IMG/VR virus record: IMGVR_UViG_3300036961_000217
Source of the DNA: an uncultured virus (IMG/VR IMGVR_UViG_3300036961_000217)
Lineage: Duplodnaviria; Heunggongvirae; Uroviricota; Caudoviricetes
Reading direction: 5' to 3' (one strand)
DNA length: 64,000 bases
A model generated the notes under the pieces. The model was not told where the DNA came from. It did no database searches and saw only the letters and a list, made by a program, of their open reading frames with translations. The position numbers and the translations under genes were made by a program. How positions within the stretch are numbered: the first letter of the stretch is position 1; every line of letters begins with the position of its first letter. Shown here one piece after another: positions 1 to 10,245 of the stretch.

Positions 1-34
1 TAAGCCAAACCTCGAAAGAAGCCATCAAACATAA

Positions 35-280
35 TTATCTCCCTTCTTTTTTACTGTCCCTTGAGTCTTTTCTGTCTCTTTCGATTACATAGATCCTATC
101 CGATTTTAACTCCCATCTCCCCCTTTCATTTCTGTCTCCAGGTTGCCATTCATAACGATGTCGAGTCTCTGTCCGAACAGTATCATTCTTTCCTTTTGGG
201 ATCACAACACTGTCTGCCTGACAGATCGACACCCACCCGATCACAGTAATTATAGCGATTTTCACAATTTTTCTCTTCAT
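35..280 (-). CDS. Small protein with N-terminal signal-like segment
   Basis: MKRKIVKIAIITVIGWVSICQA; GGAGG upstream. Confidence 0.6.
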   Translation of the reverse strand: MKRKIVKIAIITVIGWVSICQADSVVIPKGKNDTVRTETRHRYEWQPGDRNERGRWELKSDRIYVIERDRKDSRDSKKEGR

Positions 281-450
281 TTTCTTCCTCCAGAATTCTT
301 GTTAGGGTTGCCGCTACGAAATCAAATATCTTCTCTTTTCCTGAAAAGTATTGAGATATCGTTGTGTCCACTTTTTCATAAGCTTCTTTTGTAAACTTAT
401 CCATTTTCTGAAAATGCCTGCACAATTCTATAAAATTCTTGATTCTTTCT

Positions 451-954
451 TCAGTCATCTTCTCCTCCCATATTATCTAAAACAAACTCCATCCATTGAA
501 TGCAATTAGAAAGAGCTATATATAATTGATTGGCGATATACTTTTCACACATCTCCTCTTCAAAACCAAGAAACAAATTGTTCCATTTAGATATTAAATC
601 TTTTGATACCTCAATAATCGCTTCTGCTCGACAAATAGGACATTTACATTGTTCATTTTGTTCTTCATGTAGACTCTTGAATTTTTCCATATCAATTTTT
701 TTATTATTGCCGTCTACAATATTCCAAAATTCCTCTCTAGTGAAGTTGTGAGCATTGAGATAATATAATTCGTCACTTTTCAAATATATGAACATGCCAA
801 CATACTCTTCTTCAGCAGAGTGTTCAAATACGATCTTCTCTACTTTTGGTACTGTCTCCCTAATCGTATCAAAGAAGTAAATAGGATCTGGAGAAATTTC
901 TCTCACGAATTTTTCTATTTCATTCATCGATATCATTCTCCTTTTTTTATTCAA
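451..954 (-). CDS. Hypothetical phage protein
   Basis: 167 aa ORF coupled to neighbours. Confidence 0.65.
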   Translation of the reverse strand: MNKKRRMISMNEIEKFVREISPDPIYFFDTIRETVPKVEKIVFEHSAEEEYVGMFIYLKSDELYYLNAHNFTREEFWNIVDGNNKKIDMEKFKSLHEEQNEQCKCPICRAEAIIEVSKDLISKWNNLFLGFEEEMCEKYIANQLYIALSNCIQWMEFVLDNMGGEDD

Positions 955-1147
955 TGTTAATTTTTATTTCTAGATCATAATATTCTGGAAGAATTTGTTT
1001 TTCATTTATTGTCCGAATATTCACAACGTGTTGATGTCCATCGATATTGACATACCACAAACCTGTTTCCTCTTGAAACTTTCTAATTAGATTCAAGATG
1101 TCACTTCTGAGAGTTTCTTTCTTTTCAATTATTTCTTTAATATCCAT
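947..1147 (-). CDS. Hypothetical phage protein
   Basis: ORF with GGAG RBS. Confidence 0.6.
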   Translation of the reverse strand: MDIKEIIEKKETLRSDILNLIRKFQEETGLWYVNIDGHQHVVNIRTINEKQILPEYYDLEIKINIE

Positions 1148-1156
1148 GTCGTTCTC

Positions 1157-1744
1157 CTAATGTTTCATGAAAAATACGTCTCTGCCAATGCCATCGAGCT
1201 GGAAACAAATTCCACATTTTTCACAATTCCCAAAGCATTGAATCGCATCGATTGGAATCCTGGTTTCCTGATTGTCTTTTGTCTGAACCCACGCTCTCCT
1301 CATATTGGGATGAATATCTGTTCTTCCCCATCCGGTCCACATCGACAAAACTACTTGTAGATTATTAGAATTCTTTGAATCGAAATGTAATTGATGATTC
1401 TTTGTAAATACAAGAAATTTGATTTTATCGAATGAGTCTGCTATATTATCCATGCCAATGAAGAAACTCTGAGATGGAATATCTCCAGATACGAACCAAC
1501 GAAAGAATGAGGGCTTGTTTTTCCACAACCAATCTTCAATACTTCTAAAGAACCTCTCTTGGTCATCTAAGTAATATTGATAATTTTCATGCCATGCTTT
1601 TCTTGTATTTGGGTACATTTTATACGACTTGTTTGCGTAGCAATCTTGTTTACATGGCACATCTGGTTGACAAGAATCTTGTGGAAAGGAAATGTTTGCA
1701 ATTTTACCAAGCTTAATGTTCTCTTTGCTAACATGAATTTTCAT
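1157..1744 (-). CDS. Gp88-like Cys-rich phage protein
   Basis: CxxxxxCxxxCYA, FRWFVSGD and C-terminal CxxxCxxCxxC motifs; AAGGAGG RBS. Confidence 0.65.
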   Translation of the reverse strand: MKIHVSKENIKLGKIANISFPQDSCQPDVPCKQDCYANKSYKMYPNTRKAWHENYQYYLDDQERFFRSIEDWLWKNKPSFFRWFVSGDIPSQSFFIGMDNIADSFDKIKFLVFTKNHQLHFDSKNSNNLQVVLSMWTGWGRTDIHPNMRRAWVQTKDNQETRIPIDAIQCFGNCEKCGICFQLDGIGRDVFFMKH

Positions 1745-1816
1745 AGTTTCCTCCTTGTTAGTTGTTTACTTCCAGTACTCATTTCTGCCCACCATTTCTG
1801 ATAGGCAGAATCAATA

Positions 1817-4492
1817 CTAGAAAGCTTCCTTGCTTTGTCCCTTCAACGAATTGGCTCCTGTAATAATGCTATTCGCCAATTTAGTCTTAAACAATTTCAC
1901 AATTTTAGATTTATTTCCTGGATCAGACACGTCAGACGAGTCTTTCAGCCCTGCATCATAGAGGACTTTTGCTCTTTTTGCTCCCACACCCGGTATCGAA
2001 ACCAGATTGACAAGGCATTCTGGAATTCCATAAATTACGCGAGTAGCCAGAGACTTCCACAATTTATCCTTTTCCCATCGAGCATACAATGAATCAGTAA
2101 GGGCCATGCTCTGTACAACTCTTGGAACATCATAGCGAATTGTGCTCATGAAAGTCCTCAAACTGCCATTCGCTTCTTCCCCTGTCAAGCATTTATATGC
2201 AGCCAAAACCATGTGGATATTCATGAATGGCTTGATATTCCTGTCTCTCAATTCCCAACTGAGCCATTCACATTCATCCTTCAATTCCTTTGGGACGTAA
2301 CCGAGATCGTAACTTGGAACATTTGCCAATGCCCATGCAAGATCAATTTCATCTTGATGAGGTTTTTGCAGAATGTTTGAGCAATTCAAATATCTGGCAT
2401 AGACATCATATGGGCTGAAGTAGAGCCAGCTTGCCACCCTTCCAAGCCCAGTTACTTGAACATTCATTCCAGATGAATCTTTCTGAATCATCTGCATGTC
2501 AAATAACGCCTGCAGAAGATCCTCTGCATCATCGAGCATGAAATCAGGTTGTTGCATGAAGGCTAGTGATCGTTGAAACCAAGAGCAAATGTCTCTTGCA
2601 TTTTTAATTTCTCTAGATTCAATTTCACTTATGACATGAAATGCAAGTGTAGCTTTTTCATTCATAACGGAAAGAACTGGTATTGGATTAATAAACATGT
2701 CCATCCATCTATTAGAAGACCCTTTTGGAAGAATTAAATATACATCTCCAGCATCATCTACGCCATACCTACCAGCACGCCCACTAGCCTGAACAAGATC
2801 TCTAGGATCGATTTCATTAATCCCTCGATGACATCCATTTACGATGACGTTCCTGGCAGGTAATGTTAATCCCCAAGCACAGGTAGATGTTGCTATCATC
2901 ACCCTTAATCCATTAGTTCTATTCCTAAATGAATCTTCCAGTTCTTTTCTTGATTCTTTATCTTCATCTGCGTTGTGAAATTTTACCTCCTCCCCTCTTC
3001 TTTTAAAATCCTCAATAAGTTGTCTCCCATTTGTTTTGTCCCAAACAAAGATCAAAAACTTTTCTTTTGGTTTAGACATTGCTATATCAACTACCATACT
3101 TCTCTTTCTTGCCTGTGTTGCTCCATAATCCATTCTTCCCCAACTATTAATTATATTCTCATATTCAATTGGATGAATATCGAGATGTACTGGTCTCCAA
3201 GTGGAATGAAATATTTTTGTTTCTTTTCCATTTAATGAGGTTAACCAATTTCCAAGTTCTTTTACATTTGGCATTGTAGCAGATAGAAAAACAATTTGGG
3301 CTGATGGATTGATTTTTGTAAATCTCATAATACCGCTCTCGACTGCGTGACCACGATCCTTCACCCCGATTATGTGAGACTCATCACAAATTACCAATCC
3401 AACTTCCATTAGCCAGTAATTTTTTTCCTGCTTCATGCGCCTTGATCGAGAATCAGCCATTTCTGCAGTCATTACAATGATTTGCGATTTTCCAAGCTTC
3501 TTCTTCATAGCTTCACTGAGGACGTAATCCCCAGTGAGAATGGTGATTTCCTTCCCCTCGAATCGCTTTTGCCAATCATCGTATTTCTCTTGAGTCAGAG
3601 CTTTCAATGGAGAAAGATAGATCACTCTCTTTCCAGTTTCGAGAACAGGATCAATGAGAAGTTCTGCAGCAATGGTTTTTCCAGCCGATGTGTTGGCTGA
3701 AATCACCATGTTTACATCGTCCTTCGAGAATGGATAGACCATGGATTGCACAGGATTAAAATTCTCGAAAGGATAGGAATAATATGAAAATTCTGAAGTT
3801 GGAACTAGCTCAACTTTGCCGTCATCACCCAAAGAACTCTCAGGCTCAACATCCCCTGATTGTACCATTTCATTATCGACCGAAACTTCCTCTCCTTCCT
3901 TCTCTGCTCCTTCTTCTTTGCTTTCATCTCGAATCTCCTCTAGGCTATTTAAATAGTTTTCAAGAAAATTTGGGTCTGTTCCTTTCACTTGGGTTTCGAG
4001 CGTATCTCCACCACGGGGAGTTTGCTTGCCAAGGACATAAGCAAGTTGTCCTGAAGTCAGGGATTTATACTTGTCCAAACTTTCCAGTAGGGAATTGACA
4101 AATCTGGATTTTTTTAAAACCGGAGAGGATAGAATCGCTTTTACATAATCAGGATCGATGATGTTGACATTCTCAGCTTGTTTCATGAGATCTGCAATTC
4201 TATCCTTCACTCTGTCGTCAATCGTAGTTTTCCCTTCTACTCTGTTAATTCGTTTTCCCTTCCCTATCGGGCGTTGATTCTTGTTGTCCCATAAAATGAA
4301 TTTAATGGAATCCTTCCCATCGTCCCTGGTTATTCCTTCTGTTTTGTCAACGGAACTGAAGATTCGAATGAAGCAATCCTTCTTCTGCGTAGGGATTTGA
4401 TATACATATTCCATCGCACCTGAAGAATCTACCTCTTCGAATCCTTCGGGAAGAGTTTTCTCAAACTGTTCCTTCGTCAGTTGTACGAACAT
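1817..4492 (-). CDS. Ski2/Hel308-like SF2 helicase with N-terminal extension and C-terminal HhH
   Basis: Q motif FNPVQ, TSAGKT, PLKAL, DESH, SAT, QASGRAGR, IPGVGAKRA. Confidence 0.9.
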   Translation of the reverse strand: MFVQLTKEQFEKTLPEGFEEVDSSGAMEYVYQIPTQKKDCFIRIFSSVDKTEGITRDDGKDSIKFILWDNKNQRPIGKGKRINRVEGKTTIDDRVKDRIADLMKQAENVNIIDPDYVKAILSSPVLKKSRFVNSLLESLDKYKSLTSGQLAYVLGKQTPRGGDTLETQVKGTDPNFLENYLNSLEEIRDESKEEGAEKEGEEVSVDNEMVQSGDVEPESSLGDDGKVELVPTSEFSYYSYPFENFNPVQSMVYPFSKDDVNMVISANTSAGKTIAAELLIDPVLETGKRVIYLSPLKALTQEKYDDWQKRFEGKEITILTGDYVLSEAMKKKLGKSQIIVMTAEMADSRSRRMKQEKNYWLMEVGLVICDESHIIGVKDRGHAVESGIMRFTKINPSAQIVFLSATMPNVKELGNWLTSLNGKETKIFHSTWRPVHLDIHPIEYENIINSWGRMDYGATQARKRSMVVDIAMSKPKEKFLIFVWDKTNGRQLIEDFKRRGEEVKFHNADEDKESRKELEDSFRNRTNGLRVMIATSTCAWGLTLPARNVIVNGCHRGINEIDPRDLVQASGRAGRYGVDDAGDVYLILPKGSSNRWMDMFINPIPVLSVMNEKATLAFHVISEIESREIKNARDICSWFQRSLAFMQQPDFMLDDAEDLLQALFDMQMIQKDSSGMNVQVTGLGRVASWLYFSPYDVYARYLNCSNILQKPHQDEIDLAWALANVPSYDLGYVPKELKDECEWLSWELRDRNIKPFMNIHMVLAAYKCLTGEEANGSLRTFMSTIRYDVPRVVQSMALTDSLYARWEKDKLWKSLATRVIYGIPECLVNLVSIPGVGAKRAKVLYDAGLKDSSDVSDPGNKSKIVKLFKTKLANSIITGANSLKGQSKEAF

Positions 4493-4501
4493 CTTCTTCT
4501 C

Positions 4502-4774
4502 CTATTCAATCAATCCAAAATATTCCGCTACTTCTTTAGTAATCATAACAGTGGTGTGTGCATTTTGATAATAAGTATTTTTCCAACCAAAATTAGTTCT
4601 ATACTTGTTTGGTACATATTCACCCGTAGTGTATTTTCTATAACCACATGATATGTGAGAATCAACTTTATTTTCTTCCCCAATGACAATTCCATTTGAT
4701 GCACCACATCCATGACTTCTAGCAATGGCATTTGCGAATTGTCGAACAGTTTTGTACTTCTTGTAATCTTTCAT
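4502..4774 (-). CDS. Hypothetical phage protein (start moved to MKDYKK)
   Basis: AAGGAGAAAAACTATG leader. Confidence 0.7.
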   Translation of the reverse strand: MKDYKKYKTVRQFANAIARSHGCGASNGIVIGEENKVDSHISCGYRKYTTGEYVPNKYRTNFGWKNTYYQNAHTTVMITKEVAEYFGLIE

Positions 4775-4850
4775 AGTTTTTCTCCTTTGTTTATGGTTGA
4801 CATCTAGTACCACAACAAAGGACAGGATTTCTCCTGCCCTTGATCTAGTG

Positions 4851-5234
4851 CTAGATTTCGTCGTCCCAAACGATACGACCCGCAAATTCTCTTAAATGTT
4901 CTCCATCAAAATACCATTTCCATAATGTATCGTCCTCGCCTCTCATACAGATATAAGAACCTGCTTCTACAAATGGAGCAATTGCATGGAAGAGAACCTC
5001 GTCGTCACCAAATTTTTCACCATTGAAGTACAAATTCCAAATATCTCCATTCTCATTGAAATATGGCTCCCATCTCCATTCGAGTAAAGCCTCTTTGATA
5101 TGATCACAATTTTTGAAATCATTTACCCAAGAATAATTTTCACCTGGAATGTTTTTGATAGCTTCGAACATCTTGTCAAGATTCTCTTTTTTAACACGAA
5201 AATTACAGGCGATCTGTTTCATGTAGTATCCCAT
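4851..5234 (-). CDS. Hypothetical phage protein
   Basis: AAGGAGAAAACTATG leader. Confidence 0.75.
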   Translation of the reverse strand: MGYYMKQIACNFRVKKENLDKMFEAIKNIPGENYSWVNDFKNCDHIKEALLEWRWEPYFNENGDIWNLYFNGEKFGDDEVLFHAIAPFVEAGSYICMRGEDDTLWKWYFDGEHLREFAGRIVWDDEI

Positions 5235-5247
5235 AGTTTTCTCCTTT

Positions 5248-6255
5248 TTATCTATATTGATCTGTTACGTCTTCACCTGTTGCAACATCAAAGACCTGTA
5301 TGATCTCAATCATATCAGCAGATGCTTTTCCATCCGTAGCCCATGGCTCGTTAATTTGAGCATTTTCTGGAATCCTAATTTTTGCTTCTAATGGTCGATC
5401 AGGGTAATATACAGCACACCATGATCTAGATGCGAAATGAAAACCAGGATAGGAGCAAACGACCCTTTCATCAGAAGCGAATATTTCATTCTTTCTTAAT
5501 GTATTGAGTCCTATTTTGAATTTGTATTGATTATTGACGAGTCCCCTTCCAAATCTTTTCCAATAATAGTTACCATGTTCTACTCCCATTATTTTTATTA
5601 AATGTCTTGCTCTAGAGAGATCTGCTCCATAGAGATTTGCTCCATAGAGATTTGCTCTAGAGAGATCTGCTCCAGAGAGATTTGCTCCAGAGAGATTTGC
5701 TCCATAGAGATTTGCTCTAGAGAGATTTGCTCCAGAGAGATTTGCTCCATAGAGATTTGCTCTAGAGAGATCTGCTCCATAGAGATCTGCTCCATAGAGA
5801 TTTGCTCTAGAGAGATCTGCTCTAGAGAGATTTGCTCCAGAGAGATTTGCTCCATAGAGATTTGCTCTAGAGAGATTTGCTCCAGAGAGATCTGCTTCAG
5901 AGAGATCTGCTTCAGAGAGATTTGCTCCATAGAGATCTGCTCTAGAGAGATTTGCTCCATAGAGATTTGCTCTAGAGAGATCTGCTCCATAGAGATCTGC
6001 TCCATAGAGATTTGCTCCATAGAGATCTGCTCTAGAGAGATTTGCTCCATAGAGATTTGCTCTAGAGAGATCTGCTTCAGAGAGATTTGCTCCAGAGAGA
6101 TCTGCTCCATAGAGATTTGCTCTAGAGAGATTTGCTCTAGAGAGATCTGCTTCAGAGAGATTTGCTCCAGAGAGATCTGCTCTAGTGCCATCTTCGTTAT
6201 TACTTAGCCATGATGCGTGTTTTTCTAAAATAATAGTCAATTCTTCTTTTGTCAT
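5248..6255 (-). CDS. Pentapeptide repeat protein with unique C-terminal domain
   Basis: 38 A(D/N)L(S/Y)(G/R/E) units. Confidence 0.93.
   Translation of the reverse strand: MTKEELTIILEKHASWLSNNEDGTRADLSGANLSEADLSRANLSRANLYGADLSGANLSEADLSRANLYGANLSRADLYGANLYGADLYGADLSRANLYGANLSRADLYGANLSEADLSEADLSGANLSRANLYGANLSGANLSRADLSRANLYGADLYGADLSRANLYGANLSGANLSRANLYGANLSGANLSGADLSRANLYGANLYGADLSRARHLIKIMGVEHGNYYWKRFGRGLVNNQYKFKIGLNTLRKNEIFASDERVVCSYPGFHFASRSWCAVYYPDRPLEAKIRIPENAQINEPWATDGKASADMIEIIQVFDVATGEDVTDQYR
5611..6180 (-). repeat. 15-bp coding tandem repeat, 38 units (GCA RAT CTC TMT RRA)
   Basis: Read directly from the sequence. Confidence 0.97.
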
Positions 6256-6265
6256 GTTTTTCCCC

Positions 6266-6538
6266 TTAGTATTTTAATTGTTCTTCTTCGTAGGAAATCT
6301 TACCAAGACAGTTGACATTGTTGACACGCAGGTCCAAATCCTCTAAATGTTCATATAATTGATCTCTTGCATCCTCTAGATCATATCCACCATGAATCGT
6401 TTCAAAGAAAAATTGATTTTCAGTAAATACATAACCAGAATTTGTTATTTTGAATTCACTGTATTTCAACTTCTCTTCCGGATCTTCTCCGTATTTCACA
6501 TCTAAAATTACAGACCATTCCCAGTAGTGTTTAGTCAT
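6266..6538 (-). CDS. Hypothetical protein
   Basis: Coupled ORF in early arm. Confidence 0.65.
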   Translation of the reverse strand: MTKHYWEWSVILDVKYGEDPEEKLKYSEFKITNSGYVFTENQFFFETIHGGYDLEDARDQLYEHLEDLDLRVNNVNCLGKISYEEEQLKY

Positions 6539-6821
6539 CGCCTACTCCTGCCATCCATCTATAGAGTTCACGTTCGCTTTTAAATATAAAATATGTTCCT
6601 TCGTCTGGAATAGGTTTGTTTTTTAGGTTCCAACAACATTTCGATCTAATAGCTGTTCCAAGCATTGGATGGTTACGATATATCATATATCTATGTCTCC
6701 TATCATTGTATGGTATAAATCCAATATATTCGTATGTGTCCAACAAAGTTCTAAAATTTTCGACCCAGATTGGAATTATCTCCTTGTCTTCTTGTTCTTT
6801 TTCAAAAATTACTCTTCTCAT
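6531..6821 (-). CDS. Hypothetical protein; weakly resembles 8936..9172
   Basis: Both share MxRV...YIG...N.xRYM...F.F...L..W. Confidence 0.65.
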   Translation of the reverse strand: MRRVIFEKEQEDKEIIPIWVENFRTLLDTYEYIGFIPYNDRRHRYMIYRNHPMLGTAIRSKCCWNLKNKPIPDEGTYFIFKSERELYRWMAGVGDD

Positions 6822-6832
6822 TTTGCCTCCCT

Positions 6833-7069
6833 TTAATCAATGAAGATTTGTTGTCCATAATCCTTGTTGTCTCCAGACAGTCTTTTCCATAACTTTCCTT
6901 CTGAATCTCTAAACAAATACATCATGATCTTGTCTTGTCCAGCAAGATACCAACCAATAATTTCTGCAACTTCTGGAGCTTCAAAAGCTAAGTTGTGGGT
7001 ATCAATTTGATCGAGAAACTTCTTTTTTAGTGTTTGTACTTTAATTAAGGACGATTCTTTAATTTCCAT
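6833..7069 (-). CDS. Hypothetical protein
   Basis: ORF in operon. Confidence 0.6.
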   Translation of the reverse strand: MEIKESSLIKVQTLKKKFLDQIDTHNLAFEAPEVAEIIGWYLAGQDKIMMYLFRDSEGKLWKRLSGDNKDYGQQIFID

Positions 7070-7079
7070 TTTTTATTCC

Positions 7080-7412
7080 TCATCTACTTAGCAAATGACA
7101 ATTACTCCAAGTTTCTCTCCTGTCATGTAAAGCAATTGGCTGTCTTGATGGAAATCGAGAATCATCAGTGTAGATGAATGTCCCACTCGCCATCCATGGT
7201 GTTAGTTCGTCTGTTTGCCCTGAGTCTTCACTTGGAGTTGCATAAAGATAATTACCATGCTTCTTTAGGTATACCGCAGGAAATTGTTTGTTTGGCTTAA
7301 ATGTTCCAAGTTCACGATCAGGGTCAATTAGGGTTAGGTAAGAGTATCCACTTAGTTCTCCTCCAAGTGAACCTATTTTCGTTCTATAAACACTAACATG
7401 TAAACCTCTCAT
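7080..7412 (-). CDS. Hypothetical phage protein
   Basis: ORF in operon; DSRF...PIALHDR motif recalled from phage proteins. Confidence 0.7.
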   Translation of the reverse strand: MRGLHVSVYRTKIGSLGGELSGYSYLTLIDPDRELGTFKPNKQFPAVYLKKHGNYLYATPSEDSGQTDELTPWMASGTFIYTDDSRFPSRQPIALHDRRETWSNCHLLSR

Positions 7413-7415
7413 TTT

Positions 7416-7646
7416 TTACTCCTGTGCCGTCATAATACAATCAATTGCCGTTTGCAATGCTTCATCTGCCTCTGACATTTGATCGATAGCAGACTGCATC
7501 ATATCCCCCTTTTCACCATTCTGGATAGATTCAGGAAGATTATCGAATGACTCTTGTTCACTATCCATAAGCATTTGCAAATCAGATCTGATTTCGTCAA
7601 TTTTTTGGGACAATTCATCCAATGCTTTTCTTCTGGCTTTATTCAT
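7416..7646 (-). CDS. Coiled-coil phage protein
   Basis: MNKARRK...EQESFDNLPESIQ; strong RBS. Confidence 0.8.
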   Translation of the reverse strand: MNKARRKALDELSQKIDEIRSDLQMLMDSEQESFDNLPESIQNGEKGDMMQSAIDQMSEADEALQTAIDCIMTAQE

Positions 7647-7737
7647 AGTTTTTCTCCTTTTTAAATTTTCTAGCCCTATGCAGAACACTCCTCACAATGA
7701 GAAATGCTCTGTAAGGGGCTAGAAGCCCCTCATTTGC

Positions 7738-8841
7738 CTAGTTCAGAGAATTGTCGATCACAGAGTCAAGAAGCCCTCCATTGTCCTTTGGAGGGGCAGA
7801 ATAATCGCCAGAACCGATAGCGCGTTGGGAAAGCGACTTATAGGGAACAGAAGGAAGATTTTGAGCCACTTCGTAGACCACATCAAGAGCGTTGTTTTTC
7901 AAATCAGCCCCGCTTCCAAACAAGGCAGACTCAGCTCTCGCACTAGCGGTATCATAACCCTCCCTTCTCTTTGTCACCTTTGCCGCTCGGAAATGATCGG
8001 TATGCTCCACAATGGCATTGAAAAGATTATACGCAGTCCCTTTAAATTCAGGGAATGCGTTTCCATCGTTGTTTTCATACAACTGCAAAATTTCCATCAA
8101 GACATTTTCTCTCTTGGTCTGAAATTTTGCATCTTCCTTAACAGGCCAGAGACGATTCACGATCTGCTCGAAACCCTCTTTGGTGACTCTATGATTGGCG
8201 AGAAAATCAAGTCTGTCGTGGAGAGTTTCAACAGTTTCAACAGTTCCCCTCAAAACACGCATCGCTTGAACCATTCTATCTCTGGCGTTTCTAGTGTGCT
8301 TGATCCTAACAATCTTACTCGCTTCACGCAGTCCTATCTGAATTGTATTTTGACAAACCTCCCGAATATCTCCAACATGAGGAGTCATAGCAAACGAGCC
8401 ATCGTGAGAGGAAACCACACTGAGGTATGTCTTATGAGTGTCGTCACCAATCTTGAAGTCTTGAGGAATCTTTGCCAGCATCCAAAATCTAGATCCATTG
8501 CCTAGCTGTCCTGCCGCCTCATAGTGTGCGCCGTCCATATTTCCTAGAACAGTGTCAATGAATTCAAATGCCAGTTGAGGTTGGATGATTCCGTAATTCT
8601 CTCCGCATGTACCATAAAAGACATCGTTATCTTTCCTGAAGACTCCCCATGCATCGATGAGATTCCCCTTCCATTCTAGTTGCCTGACTTCTACTTCATG
8701 ATCTAGATCTGTTACTTCAGCGACATGTTTCCATTGTTGAAGTCCTTGCTCGACAATGCCTTTGTTGTGCCATGCGGGAACATCCGCATAGAACGCAGCA
8801 TATCTACCAAGTTTTTCTGAATAATGAACGTTGTCGGCCAT
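7738..8841 (-). CDS. DUF932 family phage/plasmid protein
   Basis: PAWHNKG, SSHDGS, REVCQNT, HT, GTAYNLFNAIVEHTDH motifs. Confidence 0.88.
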   Translation of the reverse strand: MADNVHYSEKLGRYAAFYADVPAWHNKGIVEQGLQQWKHVAEVTDLDHEVEVRQLEWKGNLIDAWGVFRKDNDVFYGTCGENYGIIQPQLAFEFIDTVLGNMDGAHYEAAGQLGNGSRFWMLAKIPQDFKIGDDTHKTYLSVVSSHDGSFAMTPHVGDIREVCQNTIQIGLREASKIVRIKHTRNARDRMVQAMRVLRGTVETVETLHDRLDFLANHRVTKEGFEQIVNRLWPVKEDAKFQTKRENVLMEILQLYENNDGNAFPEFKGTAYNLFNAIVEHTDHFRAAKVTKRREGYDTASARAESALFGSGADLKNNALDVVYEVAQNLPSVPYKSLSQRAIGSGDYSAPPKDNGGLLDSVIDNSLN

Positions 8842-8935
8842 TGTCTTTCTCCTTTCAAAGAGAATTCTCGTGTCATACACTCAACACATTCACAATGAAT
8901 ATGCTGAATGAGGGACACGAATGTCCCTCTTTATT

Positions 8936-9172
8936 TTATCCTTTCAACCATTCCAAAAGTGTGTTAGCGTCTTGAAAGGAAAAGAACTCTGTTCTGTCTG
9001 GATCAGTTAAATCTAGCCACTTTTCTGGTCTAACACCGGCATATTTATGGATATAGGCCAACATATACCTTTCTTCATTGTATACTATCCCGATATACGG
9101 ACAGGCGTTATGCATACTTTCAAGAGACGTATATGTATCTGGTTTATATTCCACTAAAAAGACTCGTTTCAT
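8936..9172 (-). CDS. Hypothetical protein
   Basis: Strong RBS. Confidence 0.65.
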   Translation of the reverse strand: MKRVFLVEYKPDTYTSLESMHNACPYIGIVYNEERYMLAYIHKYAGVRPEKWLDLTDPDRTEFFSFQDANTLLEWLKG

Positions 9173-9182
9173 CTTTTTCTCC

Positions 9183-9629
9183 TTATTTCTTTTCTGGTCT
9201 AAAAGTAATAGAAAGTTCAGATTCCTTCATTGATTCTGCAACAACCAATTCAATTGCAGAATCATCCATCTTCATCTTCTTCAGATAGCATCTGAGAAGA
9301 TCTTCTTTGTTCTGTTTGACATATGCCAATACTTTATCAACCGTGTCGATTTTGAAATATTTCTTGAGACTGGTTTTCATGAGAGTGTCATCCAGGGACG
9401 GTTTCCTATCCAGGACCGTAGCAGAACCGATTCCAGACACCTTGATTCCGTCAATTTTTAGTTCGTCATAGATAATTTGAAGTAGAGATTCAGTATTCTC
9501 CTTTTTCTCCACCTTCAAACCATCCTCAATTTCCTTCAGTTCTTGCCTTCGAAGGAACAGGGTTTTGACTTTTCCCTGGACTTTCTTAGGCAGTTCATCC
9601 AACGTCCTGATTTTCTTTTCTTTTGTCAT
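9183..9629 (-). CDS. Lys-rich hypothetical protein
   Basis: Strong RBS; extended -10-like TGTTATAAT upstream (~9665-9673). Confidence 0.7.
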   Translation of the reverse strand: MTKEKKIRTLDELPKKVQGKVKTLFLRRQELKEIEDGLKVEKKENTESLLQIIYDELKIDGIKVSGIGSATVLDRKPSLDDTLMKTSLKKYFKIDTVDKVLAYVKQNKEDLLRCYLKKMKMDDSAIELVVAESMKESELSITFRPEKK

Positions 9630-9772
9630 GTTTTTCTCCTTGGTTAAAGTTTATTTTAAATAGATTATAACATAAGACCTACATTTCTTTCTCAAAAAAT
9701 GTAGGTTTCACAAGGATTTTTTAACATCCTCGTTTCCAGGCAGGGCTCCTTATCCTGCCAAGAACCAAAATG

Positions 9773-10018
9773 TTAAAAAGGCAATTCCTTTCCCCTAGAA
9801 ACCAAAATTCCCTTGTTGATACTGTCAACAAGGGTTTGTAGATTGCCATTAAAATGCCTTCCACGCCATCCACCTATGTAGCCGACATCCTCTACATAGG
9901 CTGTCATTCCCTTTTCGATAGGAAATACATTTACTTTTACGGAATTTCCTTCTTCGTCACCGACAAAAATTCCCTCTCCAGGGATAAATTTTGCCTTGTA
10001 GTTATGTGTTGATTTCAT
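9773..10018 (-). CDS. Hypothetical protein
   Basis: GGAGG RBS; ends in ELPF. Confidence 0.6.
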   Translation of the reverse strand: MKSTHNYKAKFIPGEGIFVGDEEGNSVKVNVFPIEKGMTAYVEDVGYIGGWRGRHFNGNLQTLVDSINKGILVSRGKELPF

Positions 10019-10044
10019 TCCTCCTCCTCTTCGTCCATATAATC

Positions 10045-10242
10045 CTATTCATGTCCACATACGTCACAATCAATAAGGTCGCCAAATTTGATTGCGTCCT
10101 TGTCTTCCCAATAATGAATAATTTGATGAGGACTCCTTATCAATTGTTCATCAAGGCAGTTCTCACATAGTGTAGAATGGTCTTCAGAGTCCTCCCACGC
10201 CACTCGAAACATCTTCTTTCTGTAAACTTCTACTTTTGCCAT
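10045..10242 (-). CDS. Small Cys-pair protein
   Basis: Two CxxC motifs; RBS. Confidence 0.6.
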   Translation of the reverse strand: MAKVEVYRKKMFRVAWEDSEDHSTLCENCLDEQLIRSPHQIIHYWEDKDAIKFGDLIDCDVCGHE

Positions 10243-10245
10243 GTT

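Noticed and set aside
5598..6207. Long alternative-frame ORFs (EQISL and SREIC repeats) and a possible CRISPR array
   Set aside because: Shadow frames of the 15-bp pentapeptide repeat; there are no unique spacers
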